From the NCBI GenBank assembly GCA_012026655.1, contig JAAILG010001484.1:1-64000 (forward strand): DNA of 64,000 bases, in the 5' to 3' direction. The DNA comes from Hydrolagus affinis (taxonomy: Eukaryota). Shown piece by piece: positions 60,309-64,000 of this stretch. The translations under genes were made by a program, and so were the position numbers. The notes beneath the pieces are model-generated. The model saw nothing but the letters and a program-made list of their open reading frames with translations. It had not been told where the DNA came from and made no database searches. Each line of letters begins with the position of its first letter. Position 1 is the stretch's first letter.

Positions 60309-60747
60309 GAATTTGGTACCAAGTTCCTGCTTTTCTGGTTACACAGAGAGAAGGAGAGCTGCCATCAACAAAGGGATTTGATCCATGGATTGGTTTGATT
60401 TATCGGGGCTGACTGCCATTCCAGCCAATCAGCTAAGTGGCTGCTGCTGCGCGACCAGATTTGAGGATCCCCTGAGGAGTGATCTTTGTTGGATTTTAGA
60501 GAAGCCAACAGAACTTGGCACTGAAATATCATTGTGGAGCTGGATAATAGCCAATGCTAAACCAATTGTCATGTTTGTTTCCATCATATTTTCTCACTAA
60601 CACTACAGATTGTCCAGTGTCCAGGACTAGATTGTTCTCACTATTAATCTTCCAAATAATGAGCCATTTAGCTTGCATATATCTTACTATATTTTAGATA
60701 CCACCGACATTCTGCATGTTGCAGCTCTCCTTGCTAAAAGGATCACT

Positions 60748-62200
60748 AACAACCACAACAAAATTATATTTGTATAGCGCCTTTCACGTCGGGAGGACAT
60801 TCCAAGGTGCTGGACAGTCAATGTTTCAGATCCGAGCTGGGGTCAGGATCGCGTCGGGTGGAGGAAGAGAAAGGGATTTGTGGTGACCAATAGAACCGTT
60901 GAAGAGGAGGGTCTTGAGGTGGGATTTGAAGGAGGCTAGGGAGTGGGTGGGGTGGGTGGGTCGGGGGACATGAAGTAGGCTGGAGCCTGCTGAGTGGAGG
61001 TAGGGTGATGGTGCTCAGGAGGTCGAGGAGGGAAGGTGGTGCAAGGCTGTGGAGGGCTTTGAATGTGAGGACCAGGATCTTGAATTGAATCCTCTGGGTG
61101 ATGGGGAGCCAATGGAGTTGGGCGAGGATGGCGGAGATGGGAGTCACGGAGCTTGGAGCAGTAGAGGACACCCAGCCGCAGAGTTCTGGATTATCTGCAG
61201 CTTGCAGAGGGAGGAATTGGCTGATATGCAGGACATAGTCAAGCCTGGATGTAATGAAGGCATGAATGAGGGTTTCTGCGGTCTGGGTGTGGGGTAGTAG
61301 TAGTAGAGTCGGGCAATATTGTGGAGGTGAGGGAACGCAGTGCGAGTCATGGCTTGGATGTGGGGAAGGAAAGACAGTTGAGGATTGAACAAGACACCTA
61401 GGTTCCTGACTAGTTTGGTGAGGTGGAGTGAGCAACCATGGAGGTTGATGCTGCCAGTGCCTGATGTGTGAAGGCATTGGCGTGAGCCAATCAGGAGGGC
61501 CTCGGTCTTGTTCATGTTCAACTGTAGAAAATTAGCTCTCATCCATGACTTGATGTCTGACAGGCAGTCTGTCAGGACAGTGGTGGTCCTGGAGTTGAGG
61601 GTAGAGGCAGAAAGATAGAGTTGAGTGTCATCTGCAAATCTGTGGAAGTTGAACCCTTGTCTGCGGATGATAATAATAATAATAATCCTTGCATTTGATA
61701 TAGCGCTTTTCACATCTTATCTACCTCTCAAAGTGCTTCACAGAATATACTGTAAAGTGAATTGACTGCATATTTGTGGGCGAAACGCAGCAGACAATTG
61801 CGCACAGCAATGTCCTATAAACAGTCGTGGATTGAAAATGACCAATTTGTATTATTTATGATGTCACTGTGGGCTGACTCTGGGACACTGAGCATGTAGA
61901 TATTGAAAAGTAGGGGGCCAAGGACAGAGCCCTGGGGGACGCTACAAGTAACTGTGCAGGGGATTGAGGAGAAGCATTGATGGCGACAAAGTGGAGACGA
62001 TGAGAAAGGTAGGAGTCAAACCAGGCGAGGGCAGGTCCATGAAGACTGAGCTGGGAGGAGTAGGAGGATGGAGTGATCGACAGTGTTGAATGCAGCAGAG
62101 AGATCGAGGAGTACAAGGAGGCAGAGAGAGCCCTGATCACAAATGGTTAAAATGTCATTAGAGATTTTGACCAGGGCTGCCTCCATGCTGTGGGCAGATT
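60748..62200 (-). mobile_element. Longest L2 copy (about 1.25 kb of ORF2 RT/C-terminus), interrupted by a SINE
   Basis: Minus strand: [23 protein letters not shown] (about 61905-61940), FHRFADDTQLYLS, LHWLPITQRIQFKIL and tail; frameshifted. Confidence 0.92.
61672..61857 (-). mobile_element. SINE 3' half inserted in the L2 RT region
   Basis: Tail plus Deu core, flanked by the direct repeat ATGAT (61667-61671 and 61858-61862). Confidence 0.85.
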
Positions 62201-64000
62201 GTAGGGTTCAAAGAGGGATTTAGTGCCAAATCCAGGAACAATTGTTGCTATTTCTGGTTTCTACAGCTGTGAGCCACCCTCAGGTACATTTCCACAGCCA
62301 GTCCACAACAACAACAACACCAACCACAACACGGTAAAGGGTAAAAGGTATTTCAGGTGTAGATAGTGGCCCAAGAGCCTCAATGAATTACAGTCATCGT
62401 GTTCAGCAGGAGTTACTCTGAAGGGCTTTGAGATGTTTCAATAAATATGTTACACTAAGTTTACCACTAGTTTTGAGTCACAGTCCATCCTCCCATCCAG
62501 TAGCAACAGACCTAAAGTGGTTTCCTGTAGGCAGGCAGTCCCTCAAGCAAAGCCAGAGACAATCACGTGACTGCGGGGAGTGAGGGGAGCTGCCACACTC
62601 ACTCTCGAGAGAATAAATGGAAATCCTCACTTTAAGCGCCACTTTCCTCCTCCTCAGTGATGACACGGCAATAACTGGAAGCTCCCAATCGTCAATATCA
62701 CAATCAGTCATCAGTGATGGCAGGCAAGGAGAGGCGAGACCAGGGAAACCATCAAACATAATAAATTGGCTTATTCTGTTGCAGTTAATGTCACTTTAAT
62801 TTCACCAACAAGCCAAGTGCCTCCTCACCAGACCACAAACTGAAATAACATTGAACTCGAAGATAAACAAATTAGTTTTCTGCCTGAGCTGTGCTTCAGA
62901 GAGAGAAAGAGAAAGGCCCAGCACTGCTCACATTAACCTGGTTATACGTCTGATAAACACAGGTGTCGACTCCAGACACAACCTCCCCAGGAACAAGAGC
63001 TAATCCACACTCCAGAGCCTCTCAACCCCGTGCTCCTAAGAAGCAGGAAGCATCGACACAGCTGAACACAGAGAGAAGCTGACTTACAACAGCTAGAAAC
63101 TAACCTTGTTTATACAGTGGCTGACAGACCCCTAGCCCTGCCCACCCCTACCCAACCTCAGGTACGAATAACCAACCAACCGATGAGGCCCAGCCAGGCT
63201 CCCTGTCCAAGGCAGATGAGCTGTGAGATTCCAGGACCACAGACAGAGCCTCCATATTACAGCTCAACTGGTTTAAAGTGAAATCAGAAACTGACTATTT
63301 CAGCAGGTCCTGGAATGGACTGAGCGGATAAACAGGGAAATAAATCAATGGAAATAAGAGTATTCACGGGTTGTGGAGAAAACGGGATATAAAAAATCTG
63401 ACATGAGACAAAAAAATGGTAGGTTAGTCTCAGCATTTCCTGTTTCACAGCGTTTATTGTCTGACTGGTGTCAGGTTGTGTAAGTGTGCACACTCAGTGC
63501 TTCCTGCCGTGAGTGAGCCAGACTCTCTGAACACCCGTGTTTGTGCGGGAGGAGTGTTTTGTGTGGAGCCTGAGAGACTTGTGCGTGTATTGTAGTAGTG
63601 ATCTGTACATTATTTGGGGGCAGGATTGTACACACTGACACTCACACAGGATTGCTTCTTTGTCATTCTGTAGTTTCTAAGCTTGTCCTTCACCCCAGCC
63701 TCCAGCATGTCACAGCTTGCTGTCCGCATTGTGCCTGAACAGCACACAGTGAGTGAGGTGTCTCAGGGGGGCAGCCCTGCTCACGCCCCACATCAATGCT
63801 TCCACTGCAGAATTCATTTCTGCAGGGAGTTAAGCGAAGCTGAACTTTCCAGAATCATTTGGCCCCTATTACCAGTCAGCTTTGCACTTAAATAGGTCAT
63901 AACTCCTGGTAATGGGCTCTCTAATCAGAGTGGAATCAAACAAAGAGGCCCCAGAAGATCTTGCCATCATTCATGCTCGCTCTCAATCAGCCTGCGGAGC

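Noticed and set aside
60818-62140. Long minus-strand ORFs with RT motifs as an active retroelement or domesticated gene
   Set aside because: Frameshifted, 5'-truncated (no endonuclease) and interrupted by a SINE; a dead L2 copy.
1-64000. CRISPR-like array or prokaryotic/viral defence system suggested by many recurring 30-40-nt motifs
   Set aside because: The recurring motifs are dispersed SINE/L2 tails in both orientations without regular spacers, and no cas-like, phage or viral ORFs were seen.

Overview
Vertebrate, repeat-dense, almost entirely intronic DNA. It is not prokaryotic: I found no operons, CRISPR arrays or intact long ORFs. The repeat content suggests a cartilaginous fish, probably a holocephalan such as elephant shark (inference). 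The repeats are: one abundant tRNA-headed, Deu-domain, L2-tailed SINE (about 25 full or partial copies), two L2 subfamilies, several CR1 3' ends, Tx1/L1 and Penelope relics, a pogo/Tigger-like MITE and a hAT-like MITE end. The only host-gene signal I can support is a 30-nt phase-0 coding exon on the minus strand (22946-22975, CDSESDPDEK) with textbook splice signals. It matches, from memory, the small exon of the AUTS2/FBRSL1/FBRS family and is closest to FBRSL1, so the window probably lies across two very long introns of that gene. The most interesting unproven signals are two promoter-like segments upstream (about 30.8-31.0 kb and 55.4-55.65 kb), each ending in a strong phase-0 GTAAGG donor that could splice in frame to this exon, and a few micro-exon candidates. 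Others are inverted SINEs flanking the exon, a covarying 3' hairpin shared by the SINE and both L2 subfamilies, and TE-free TAAT-rich blocks that look like conserved enhancers. I see no clear evidence for a wholly new biological system. Repeat boundaries were read by eye and are approximate (about +/-20 bp) unless a TSD or TIR is quoted.
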